This document shows positions 16,271 through 24,486 of a stretch of 38,861 bases of DNA, piece by piece. The first letter of the stretch is position 1, and each line of letters opens with the position of its first letter. The notes under the pieces were generated by a model. That model searched no databases. It worked only from the letters and a program-made list of their open reading frames with translations, and was not told the DNA's origin. This DNA is from Firmicutes bacterium UBA3914 (GTDB lineage Bacteria > Bacillota > Limnochordia > Darwinibacteriales > Darwinibacteriaceae), in assembly GCA_002391385.1 (NCBI GenBank), contig DGEY01000040.1:2175-41035 (forward strand), given 5' to 3'. Position numbers and translations under genes: made by a program.

Positions 16271-17541
16271 TTCCCACACTCTCCTAAGATCTTAGCTAGC
16301 TGTTTTAAGTCCTCCAGATCTATTTCTTGTTCCTGTCCATCCTGCATGTTGCGGAGCATGAGGCGCCCGCGACTGAGCTCCTCTTCGCCGAAGATCACAG
16401 CATAACGGCTGCCCAGGCGGTTGGCCGCCTTCATCTGTGCCCGGATGCTGCGGTCCAGGTAATCCAGCTCCACCCAGAGCCCCTGCCCCCGCAGGAAGTG
16501 GGCCACCTGGGCCGCCTTGAGTTTAGTGTCGCCGCCGAAGTGGATGAGATAGGCAGAGGGACCCTTGGGTTCAGGCTGGAGTTTGCCCTGGCCCTGCAGG
16601 GCCAGAAGCAGCCTTTCCACCCCCACCGCGAACCCCACAGCGGGAGTGGGTTTGCCCCCCAGCTCCTCCACCAGCCCATCGTAGCGCCCCCCGGCGCCGA
16701 TGGCGTTCTGGGCACCCAGCTCCTGGCTGGTTACTTCAAAGACGGTCTTGGTGTAGTAGTCGAAGCCCCTGACCAAGCGGGGGTTCAGCCTGTACTCTAC
16801 GCCTAGGGCATCCAGGTAGGCGAGCACCTGGGCGAAGTGTTCAGAGCACTCCCCGCAGAGATGCTTGGTGATCTCAGGCGCGCCCGCCAGCACCTCCTGG
16901 CAGCTTTCCACCTTGCAGTCCAAAAGCCGCAGGGGATTGCGGTGCAGCCTGTTTTGGCAGCTGCTGCAGAGCCTTTCCACGCGGGGCTGGAAATACTCCA
17001 CCAGCTCCTGCCGGTAGCCGGGGCGGCAGTTGGGGCAGCCGATGGTGTTGATCTCCACCTCAAAACCGCTCAAGCCGCAGGATTTGTAAAGCTCCAGGGG
17101 CAGCAAAATGGCTTCCACATCCAGGAGGGGATCCCCGGAACCCAAGGCCTCCAAGCCAAACTGGGTGAACTGCCGGTAGCGCCCGGCTTGGGGGCGCTCA
17201 TAGCGGAACATGGGTCCGAAGTAGTAGAGCTTCACAGGCAGGGAACCGCTGCCCAGGTTGTGTTCCAAAAAAGCGCGCACCGCGGGGGCGGTCCCCTCCG
17301 GGCGGAGGGTCAGGCTCCTCTCCCCCCGATCCTGGAAGGTGTACATCTCCTTCTCCACGATATCGGTGGCCTCGCCGATTCCCCGCTGAAACAGCTCCGT
17401 ATGCTCAAACATGGGCGTGCGCAGTTCCTGGTACCCGTAGGCAGCACAGACTCTGCGGATCCGTTCCTCCAGCTCGTGCCACAGTTCGATTTGGCCGGGA
17501 CCCACATCATTGGTACCCCTGGGCCTGGTGGTCAGTGTCAT
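16267..17541 (-). CDS. hisS: Histidine--tRNA ligase
   Basis: PRGTND, LRPEGTA, FRYERPQAGRYRQF, LVRGFDYY, GGRYDGL. ATG at 17541. Confidence 0.98.
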   Translation of the reverse strand: MTLTTRPRGTNDVGPGQIELWHELEERIRRVCAAYGYQELRTPMFEHTELFQRGIGEATDIVEKEMYTFQDRGERSLTLRPEGTAPAVRAFLEHNLGSGSLPVKLYYFGPMFRYERPQAGRYRQFTQFGLEALGSGDPLLDVEAILLPLELYKSCGLSGFEVEINTIGCPNCRPGYRQELVEYFQPRVERLCSSCQNRLHRNPLRLLDCKVESCQEVLAGAPEITKHLCGECSEHFAQVLAYLDALGVEYRLNPRLVRGFDYYTKTVFEVTSQELGAQNAIGAGGRYDGLVEELGGKPTPAVGFAVGVERLLLALQGQGKLQPEPKGPSAYLIHFGGDTKLKAAQVAHFLRGQGLWVELDYLDRSIRAQMKAANRLGSRYAVIFGEEELSRGRLMLRNMQDGQEQEIDLEDLKQLAKILGECGK

Positions 17542-17566
17542 CTCTACTCCCCCCTCAAACGTTGGC

Positions 17567-17598
17567 AAAAGGCGAGTGATGTTAACCACCACTCGCCT
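17567..17598 (-). terminator. Terminator-like hairpin between the foldase gene and hisS
   Basis: Minus strand AGGCGAGTGGTG-GTTAA-CATCACTCGCCT followed by TTT. Confidence 0.55.
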
Positions 17599-17604
17599 GA
17601 GGTT

Positions 17605-19113
17605 CTATTCTTGCGGAGCAGCTTCGGCTGCCGCTTCCCCTGGTTTTTCTTCCACCAGTTCAGGCAGCTCCTCTGCCTCTCCTTCCGCAGCTTCGGTGGC
17701 AGCTTCCCCTTCAGCTTCCGGCTGCAGCAGGGCATTCTGCCGCTCTTGGAACTCCTCGATGAGTTTCTCGATGGCCTTGGCATCCTCCCAGCGCTCCAGG
17801 GCGGTCACGCTGTGATACAAGGTGAGCAGGGCGAAAATGTCGTTGGGAACAAGTTCGGCTGCCTTGATGTACTGCTCCACCGCTTGATCAATGTCTTCCG
17901 CTTCTTCGTAGAGCTTGCCCAGGCTGTAGAGGAGAGTGTAGTCAGTGGGCTCCTTCTCCGCAGCGACCCGGTACTGCTCTATGGCCCCTTCCAGGTCACC
18001 TAGACCGTGGTAGGCATCGCCCAAGAAAGAATGCAGATAGCCGTCTTCTGGATAGTCCTCCAGGGCCAGCTTGTAGTAGTGCACGGCGTCCTCGTAGTTG
18101 CCTTCCTGCATCTGCTTGAAGGCATTGAGCCGGTGCTCCATGAGGACGATCTCCGAAGAATCCCGCGCGCTCTGCAGCCAAGCCTCGATATCCTCCTGTC
18201 CCTTTGCCAGGCGGAGATCCTTTTCCAGCTCGGCACGGGCTTTTTCAAACTCCTCGCCTTCCGCCTCAACCCGGTCGGTGACAGTGATAATGTGGTATCC
18301 GTATGTGGAACGCACCGGTTCACTGATTTCACCCACCCCGAGGGCAAAGACGGCTTCTTCAAACTCGGGGACCGTTTTGCCGCGGTAGATGTAACCGAGC
18401 TCACCGCCGCTGGCGCTGCTGGCATCCTCCGATACCTCTTTAGCCAGCTCGGCGAAGTTTTCCGGAGTTACCTGGGAGTAAATCTCCCATGCCCGGGCCT
18501 CCGCAGCCTCCCAGTCTTCGTCAGAGGAGCCTGCGGGCTTAATCAGGATGTGGCTGGCCCGCACCCGCTCGTAGGCGGCGCGGATGTCTTCTTCGCTCAC
18601 GGAAACATGGGCCACCAGCTGTTCCTGAAGTTTATCCACTTTGATCTGGTGTTCCAGCTGCGCTCTTAAGCTGGCTTCGCTCAGGCCCGCCCTTTGCAGC
18701 TGCTGCTGAAACTCTTCCTTGCCACCGAAGAGATCTATGAGCTCCTGCAGCTCCGCATCCACCTCTGCTCTGGAGGCGCTGATCTTGCGCTTGTTAATCT
18801 CCTGGTGCACCAAGACGCTGTCCACGAGGGCTTCCAGGGCCTCGTAGCGCAGAGCCTCGTAGATGCGCCCGGTGAGGGGCCCCTGCTGCTGTTCCAGCTG
18901 CTGGGCAAAGCGGAGCTGAGTCAAATACAGATCGTAGAGGGAAATGGCCTGGCCATTCACTTTGGCCACTGCCACCGCCGCTTCAGTCGGTATAGCCTGG
19001 GAACCGCCCAAAAATGAAACGATGGCTGCCCAGAGACCGCCGCCAACCATTGCCGCCAAGATGATGATGATCACAAGTTTTGTTTTGTTCCTGTTTCTGC
19101 GGAACATCGCCAA
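17605..19113 (-). CDS. Membrane-anchored SurA_N/parvulin peptidyl-prolyl isomerase with C-terminal TPR repeats and acidic tail
   Basis: N-terminal basic plus TM segment with no lipobox Cys; VAKVNG; VRASHILI, FAELAKEVSED, GGELG, PEFEEAVF, YGYHII; TPR helices LGDAY..LG..E.AI..Y. Start TTG 19113 or ATG 19107. Confidence 0.88.
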   Translation of the reverse strand: MAMFRRNRNKTKLVIIIILAAMVGGGLWAAIVSFLGGSQAIPTEAAVAVAKVNGQAISLYDLYLTQLRFAQQLEQQQGPLTGRIYEALRYEALEALVDSVLVHQEINKRKISASRAEVDAELQELIDLFGGKEEFQQQLQRAGLSEASLRAQLEHQIKVDKLQEQLVAHVSVSEEDIRAAYERVRASHILIKPAGSSDEDWEAAEARAWEIYSQVTPENFAELAKEVSEDASSASGGELGYIYRGKTVPEFEEAVFALGVGEISEPVRSTYGYHIITVTDRVEAEGEEFEKARAELEKDLRLAKGQEDIEAWLQSARDSSEIVLMEHRLNAFKQMQEGNYEDAVHYYKLALEDYPEDGYLHSFLGDAYHGLGDLEGAIEQYRVAAEKEPTDYTLLYSLGKLYEEAEDIDQAVEQYIKAAELVPNDIFALLTLYHSVTALERWEDAKAIEKLIEEFQERQNALLQPEAEGEAATEAAEGEAEELPELVEEKPGEAAAEAAPQE

Positions 19114-19148
19114 CCAACCCTTTCCATTCGAGAGAGACCAACAAGGTA

Positions 19149-19177
19149 ATTGTACTTTAAATGCGGGTTTCTGTCAA
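19149..19177 (-). promoter_or_regulatory. sigma-A promoter of foldase-hisS-aspS
   Basis: Minus strand TTGACA-N17-TACAAT. Confidence 0.85.
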
Positions 19178-19200
19178 ACGCACAAGTTCTGCTTAACCAG

Positions 19201-20631
19201 TCAATTGCTGTTAGGGCCGCTGCCGGAGAAGTGTTCCCGCAGCAGCTTAAGTTTGTCTGCCAAGTGTTCATTGATCTGTGCGCTGTAAGCAGCGGGGCAT
19301 TTGGGGTTAACCTGCCGGCGGAGAGTGAGATCGGGGGCAACCAGTTTGCTTACACCTCCCCCACCCAGGGCCAGGATGCTCTGGCGTTCTTCCATCATCT
19401 GGATGTTGTAGATGGAGTGGGTGCCCGGCAGCGCATAGCCGATATTCTCCAGATCGCCTAAAATGTGCCGCTGGCGGTAGAGGTAATAGGGCTGCATTCC
19501 CCAGCTTAGGGCATAGTCCCGGGCTAAGTCCACCATGGCTTCCCCCTGCTCCTGGGCGATGTAGACCTGTTCCAGGTTTTTCCTCAGGGTGGAAGCCCGC
19601 TTCAGGGCTAAACTGTGCACCGTGAGGTTATCGGGCCCCAAGGCGGCGATCTCCTCCAGGGTGCCCCGCACTTGGGCGAGCTCCTCCCCGGGCAGGCCCA
19701 AAATGATGTCCATGTTGATGAGGGGAATGCCCACCTCCCGGGCCAGGGCAAAGGCCTCCCGCACCTGGGCCACCGTGTGCTTGCGCCCGATGGCCTGCAG
19801 CGTCGCATCGTGCATGGTCTGGGGGTTGATGCAGATGCGCTGGGCGCCCCCTTCCTTGAGCAGGCGCAGGGTGTCCCGGGACAGGGTTTCGGGCCGCCCC
19901 GCCTCCACCGTAAACTCCCTGGTTTCAGCGGTAAACAGGTTCTCCCTCATCAGGCTGAGCAGCCGCTCCAGCTCCGCCCCCTGCACAGTGGTGGGGGTCC
20001 CTCCCCCCAGGTAAACCGATTCCACCTGCAGCTGGAGCTCCTTGATCAGACCCCCCACCGCTTCGATTTCCCGGTGCAGAGCCTGCAAAAAACCCTTGAG
20101 GAGATGGCCATGGGTGGCCAGGGGATAGGCGGCAAAGGAACAGTAGCTGCAGCGGGTGGGACAGAACGGTATGCCCACATAGATGCTGATGGGGTTGTTG
20201 GGATTGGCGTGGAAATAAGGCCGCTGCTTGGCGGCAACTTCCAGCAGCAGCTGGGCCTTTTTCGGGCTGAGGGCGTAAACCTCAAGCAAAATGCCCCGGA
20301 GCTCCTCCGGGGGAAAGCCCCGGTCCAGCATGGCATGGACCATCTTCATGGGCCGCACACCTTCCAAAATCCCCCAGGGGCTTTCCGCGAGGCCGTAGAC
20401 GCGCTCAAAGAGGCGCCTGATCCCCAGGCGCACCCGCTCTTTGATCCGGCGCTGGCGATCCACTGCGGTGTAACGGGGATCAAGGATCTCCCTATCCCTA
20501 AACTCCCACACTTCGCCATCTAGGCGCACCGAGATAAACAGGCCCTCCTCCTCCCAAGCATAATCGGCGGCCAGGACCCGTCCCCCGCCGAAGCTGGCCT
20601 GGGGAGCCAGGGATTTCACCGCGACTTCCAT
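19201..20631 (-). CDS. hemZ: HemZ-type radical SAM protein (coproporphyrinogen dehydrogenase-like)
   Basis: PWGILEGVRP, YVGIPFCPTRCSYCSF, GGGTPT, FTVEAGRP, PYYLYRQ, YNIQMMEE. True start may lie upstream (see findings). Confidence 0.92.
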   Translation of the reverse strand: MEVAVKSLAPQASFGGGRVLAADYAWEEEGLFISVRLDGEVWEFRDREILDPRYTAVDRQRRIKERVRLGIRRLFERVYGLAESPWGILEGVRPMKMVHAMLDRGFPPEELRGILLEVYALSPKKAQLLLEVAAKQRPYFHANPNNPISIYVGIPFCPTRCSYCSFAAYPLATHGHLLKGFLQALHREIEAVGGLIKELQLQVESVYLGGGTPTTVQGAELERLLSLMRENLFTAETREFTVEAGRPETLSRDTLRLLKEGGAQRICINPQTMHDATLQAIGRKHTVAQVREAFALAREVGIPLINMDIILGLPGEELAQVRGTLEEIAALGPDNLTVHSLALKRASTLRKNLEQVYIAQEQGEAMVDLARDYALSWGMQPYYLYRQRHILGDLENIGYALPGTHSIYNIQMMEERQSILALGGGGVSKLVAPDLTLRRQVNPKCPAAYSAQINEHLADKLKLLREHFSGSGPNSN

Positions 20632-20714
20632 GGAGGGCGCTAGAAACTCATCCGCCTGGATAGCATAGCTTTCATGGCCAAAATAAAAAGGAACAGCTAT
20701 TTTCCTTCACATCC

Positions 20715-21332
20715 CTAAAGTGAGCTCAAAAAGGGGTTATCCTCCAGCTCCCTGCCGATGGTGGTGCTGAAGCCGTGCCCCGGATAGACCTTGGTTTCCG
20801 GCGGGAGCTGGGCCAGGCGCCTTAGGCTCCCAAACAGAGCTTGTTCATCTGACCCGGGGAAATCCCAGCGGCCCACCGACTGCCTAAAGAGGGTGTCGCC
20901 GCTCACCAAGATCCCGTGTCCGTAGAGGCAGATCCCTCCAGGGGTATGCCCCGGCGTGTGGAGGACCTGCAGAGTACAGGAGCCAAAGGTGATCTCATCA
21001 CCCTCCTGGAGCAGGCGGTCTGCTTCAAGGGGAGCTGCTTCCAGCCGCACCTGCTGGCCCAAGTTCAGCAGGGGATCCGTCAAGTACGGGGCGTCCGCGA
21101 CATGGATGGCCAGGGGAGCCTTGGTTTGTTCCTTGAACCAGGCATTGCCGGCAATGTGGTCGCAGTGGCCGTGGGTGTTGATGATGGCCACGGTGCGCAG
21201 CTGTTGGCGCTCTAGAAACTCCAAAACCTTCTCCGACTCTGCCCCCGGATCAACCACCACCGCTTCCCCCCCATCATACAGCACATAGCAGTTGGTGGAA
21301 AAGGCGTTGAGCACAAAGCGTTCGATCTGCAT
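20715..21332 (-). CDS. MBL-fold metallo-hydrolase (glyoxalase II-like)
   Basis: THGHCDH, HTPGHTPG, SGDTLF, YPGHG. Confidence 0.94.
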   Translation of the reverse strand: MQIERFVLNAFSTNCYVLYDGGEAVVVDPGAESEKVLEFLERQQLRTVAIINTHGHCDHIAGNAWFKEQTKAPLAIHVADAPYLTDPLLNLGQQVRLEAAPLEADRLLQEGDEITFGSCTLQVLHTPGHTPGGICLYGHGILVSGDTLFRQSVGRWDFPGSDEQALFGSLRRLAQLPPETKVYPGHGFSTTIGRELEDNPFLSSL

Positions 21333-21334
21333 CC

Positions 21335-21781
21335 CTATTCTCCTTCACTGCTGACAATCAACGTCACGGGGCCATCATTGATTAGGCTCACATCCATGTG
21401 AGCCTGGAACACTCCGGTGGCCACCGTGATGCCCTCGGCCTGGAGCTCAGCCACAAACTCCTGGTAAAGGGTTTCAGCCACATCGGGGGCAGCGGCCCCG
21501 CTAAAAGAAGGCCTGCGCCCGCGGCGGCAGTCGCCGTAGAGGGTAAACTGGGACACGGCCAGGATCTGGCCGCCCACCTCCTGCACATCCAAGTTCATCT
21601 TCCCCTGGTCATCGGGGAAGATGCGCAGTTTGGCAATTTTCTTGGCCAGGTAGCGGGCATCGGCACTGGTATCCCCGCTGCCTACGCCCAGGAAGACCAA
21701 AAGGCCGTGGGTAATGGCACCCACCACAGTCCCTTCCACCGTGACGCTGGCTTCCTGCACACGCTGTACTACTGCTCGCAC
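21335..21781 (-). CDS. dtd: D-aminoacyl-tRNA deacylase
   Basis: MRAVVQRV, SQFTL, GRRPSF, NDGPVT. Confidence 0.97.
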   Translation of the reverse strand: MRAVVQRVQEASVTVEGTVVGAITHGLLVFLGVGSGDTSADARYLAKKIAKLRIFPDDQGKMNLDVQEVGGQILAVSQFTLYGDCRRGRRPSFSGAAAPDVAETLYQEFVAELQAEGITVATGVFQAHMDVSLINDGPVTLIVSSEGE

Positions 21782-21801
21782 GCAGACATCATCCTTTAGC
21801 T

Positions 21802-23943
21802 CTAAGTGGGATTGGCCCGATGCACACCCAGCACGCCGTTGACCTGCCTTAAGGCGCTCATCACATTGTCCAAGTGGTTCACATCATGGATCTCCAGGGT
21901 CAGCTGTACGATCACCGAATCGTTCTTGCTGGTCCTGGCGGTCACCGCATCCACATTGGTCTTGCGCTCGGAGAGGGCATGCATGATGTTGGTGAGGAAA
22001 TTGGGCCGATCGATGCCCTCGATTTCGATTTCCACGGGATAGGCATCGTCTTTGGTCACATTCCAGACCACCTCAATCTGCCGCCCGGACTCTGGGCCCA
22101 GGTTGAGCACATTGGGGCAGTCCACCCGGTGCACGGAGATACCCCGCCCCCGGGTGATATAGCCGATAATGTCATCCCCCGGCACGGGGCTGCAGCACTT
22201 GGCAAAGCGCACCAGGAGATTATCTGCACCCTTGACTTCCACGCCCCGGGTGGTATGCCGGCGGCGCTTTTTGCCCACTTCCGGCAGCTTCCGCTTTTCT
22301 CCGGGCTCTTGACCGGTGAGCTTCTGCACAACCTGGAGGGCGTTAATCCTCCCCGAACCCACACTGGCGATGAGCTCGTCCGCGGTGCTCACCCCGTACT
22401 TGCGGGCCAGCTGCTGCAGGTTAGTTTCGCTCAGCACCGTTTTGGTATCGGCTCCCAGCTTCTTGCATTCCCGCTCCAGGAGCTCCCGGCCCCGGGTCAG
22501 GTTCTCTTCCCGCTGCTCTTCCCTGAGCCAAGCCCTGATTTTACTGCGGGCCTTGGAGGTCTTCACATAGTTCAACCAGTCCTGGGAGGGGCTGGCCGTT
22601 TTGCTGGTGAGGATCTCCACAAAATCTCCGTTCTTGAGCACGTAGTTGAGGGGCACGATGCGGCCGTTGACCTTGGCCCCAAAACAGCGCAGCCCCACAT
22701 CGGTGTGCACGTCAAAGGCAAAATCAATGGGCGTGGCTCCGCTTGGGAGCGTCTTCACATCTCCCTTGGGTGTAAACACGAAAACCTCATCTTCGAAGAG
22801 GTCGATCTTCAAGGTATCCATGAACTCCTGGGGATCCTTCATCTCCCGCAGCCATTCCACCGCCTCCCGCAACCAGCCAATTTTGGCGGCCTCATCGCCG
22901 GGCTTGCGGGTTTGCCCTTCTTTATACATCCAGTGGGCGGCCACGCCCTTTTCAGCGATACGGTGCATCTCCCAGGTGCGGATCTGGATCTCATAGGGCT
23001 CGCCCCGGGGGCCCACCACCGTGGTATGCAGGGACTGATAGAGGTTGGATTTGGGCACCGCTATATAATCCTTAAAACGGCCGGGGATGGGCTTCCAGAG
23101 GGCATGGATCACGCCCAAAACTGCATAGCAGTCCCGCACGGTGTCCACAATGATGCGTATGGCCATGAGGTCGTAGATCTCATCCAGGCTCTTGTTCTGC
23201 TTCTGCATCTTCTGCCAGATGCTGTAAAGGTGCTTGGGCCGGCCTTGAATGTCGCAGGCCATGTCCATCTCGGCCAACCGCTCCATGATGATGTTCATGG
23301 CTTCCTGCAGATCAGCCTCGCGCTCCTGGCGCTTGCGGTCGATTTCCGCCACCAGCCGGTAGTATTCCTCGGGATGGAGATGGCGGAAGGCCAGGTCCTC
23401 CATTTCGAACTTGATCCGCCAGATCCCCATGCGGTGCGCCAGGGGGGCAAAAATGTCCAGGGTCTCCTGGGAGATGAGGATCTGCTTCTCCGGAGGCATG
23501 TGCCGCAGCGTCCGCATGTTGTGCAGGCGGTCCGCCAGTTTAATCAGGATCACCCGTACATCTTCCGCCATGGCGAAGATCATCTTGCGCATGTTCTCCG
23601 CCTGCTGCTCAAAGCGGCTGTGCACAGGCAGCTTCTCCAGCTTGGTTACGCCCTCCACCAGCATCAAGATGGTGGGGCCAAAAAGCCCTGACAGCTCCTC
23701 CCTGGTCACTGGAGTGTCCTCCAGCACGTCGTGGAGAAGACCTGCGGCAATGGTCTCCATATCCAGCTCCAAATCCGCCAGAATCAGGGCCACTTCATAG
23801 GGATGCTCGAAGTACGGGGCGCCGGACTCCCGGTACTGCCCTTCATGGGCGCGCTGAGAAAAGTGGTAAGCCTGCTCGATCAGCTCCACATTGGCTTTGG
23901 GATAGTAACCTAGAATGCGGTGGATAAGATACTCCAGCTGCAC
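21802..23943 (-). CDS. relA: Bifunctional (p)ppGpp synthetase/hydrolase Rel
   Basis: [45 protein letters not shown]; TGS, ZFD and ACT domains. Confidence 0.98.
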   Translation of the reverse strand: MQLEYLIHRILGYYPKANVELIEQAYHFSQRAHEGQYRESGAPYFEHPYEVALILADLELDMETIAAGLLHDVLEDTPVTREELSGLFGPTILMLVEGVTKLEKLPVHSRFEQQAENMRKMIFAMAEDVRVILIKLADRLHNMRTLRHMPPEKQILISQETLDIFAPLAHRMGIWRIKFEMEDLAFRHLHPEEYYRLVAEIDRKRQEREADLQEAMNIIMERLAEMDMACDIQGRPKHLYSIWQKMQKQNKSLDEIYDLMAIRIIVDTVRDCYAVLGVIHALWKPIPGRFKDYIAVPKSNLYQSLHTTVVGPRGEPYEIQIRTWEMHRIAEKGVAAHWMYKEGQTRKPGDEAAKIGWLREAVEWLREMKDPQEFMDTLKIDLFEDEVFVFTPKGDVKTLPSGATPIDFAFDVHTDVGLRCFGAKVNGRIVPLNYVLKNGDFVEILTSKTASPSQDWLNYVKTSKARSKIRAWLREEQREENLTRGRELLERECKKLGADTKTVLSETNLQQLARKYGVSTADELIASVGSGRINALQVVQKLTGQEPGEKRKLPEVGKKRRRHTTRGVEVKGADNLLVRFAKCCSPVPGDDIIGYITRGRGISVHRVDCPNVLNLGPESGRQIEVVWNVTKDDAYPVEIEIEGIDRPNFLTNIMHALSERKTNVDAVTARTSKNDSVIVQLTLEIHDVNHLDNVMSALRQVNGVLGVHRANPT

Positions 23944-23967
23944 AGCGCGCCCCCTTCCCCCTAAGTG

Positions 23968-24486
23968 TTACTCATGGTACTGCACAAGCGAGACGATATC
24001 GTATTCACTCAGCCTTTCCCTACCGTTCAGATAGGCGAGCTCAATCAGGAAAGCCAAGCCCACTACTTGTCCACTGAGTTTCTTGATGAGCTCGATGGCC
24101 GCCGCGATGGTACCGCCGGTGGCCAGCAGATCATCCACAACCAGCACCCGGGTTCCCGGTGGAAAGGCATCGGCATGGATCTCCAAGCTGTCGGTGCCGT
24201 ACTCCAAATCATACTCCACCGAGAGCACCTGCCCGGGCAGCTTGCCGGGTTTGCGGATCAGGGTGAAACCCAAACCCATCTCATAGGCTAAAGGAGCTCC
24301 CAAAATAAAGCCGCGGGATTCCACGCCAACGATCATGTCAACCTCGGTTCCCTTAAAGTGCTCAGCCAAACGCTTGACCGTTTCCCTGAGCGCCTCCCCA
24401 TCCCTGAGCAGGGTGGTAATGTCTTTGAAACTGATACCAGGCTGCGGAAAATCTGGTATCACCCTAATTTTCTCTTTCAAGTCCAT
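23968..24486 (-). CDS. apt: Adenine phosphoribosyltransferase
   Basis: PDFPQPGISFKDIT, ESRGF, RKPGKLP, VVDDLLATGGT. Confidence 0.97.
   Translation of the reverse strand: MDLKEKIRVIPDFPQPGISFKDITTLLRDGEALRETVKRLAEHFKGTEVDMIVGVESRGFILGAPLAYEMGLGFTLIRKPGKLPGQVLSVEYDLEYGTDSLEIHADAFPPGTRVLVVDDLLATGGTIAAAIELIKKLSGQVVGLAFLIELAYLNGRERLSEYDIVSLVQYHE

Noticed and set aside
17610-17720. Short imperfect repeats (GCAGCTTC) at the foldase 3' end
   Set aside because: Low-complexity EAA/E coding tail, not a CRISPR or mobile repeat.
21874-23691. Long plus-strand ORFs antisense to rel (and similar ones opposite tgt, hisS, recJ, pgpH, rarA)
   Set aside because: Typical high-GC shadow ORFs mirroring well-conserved genes.
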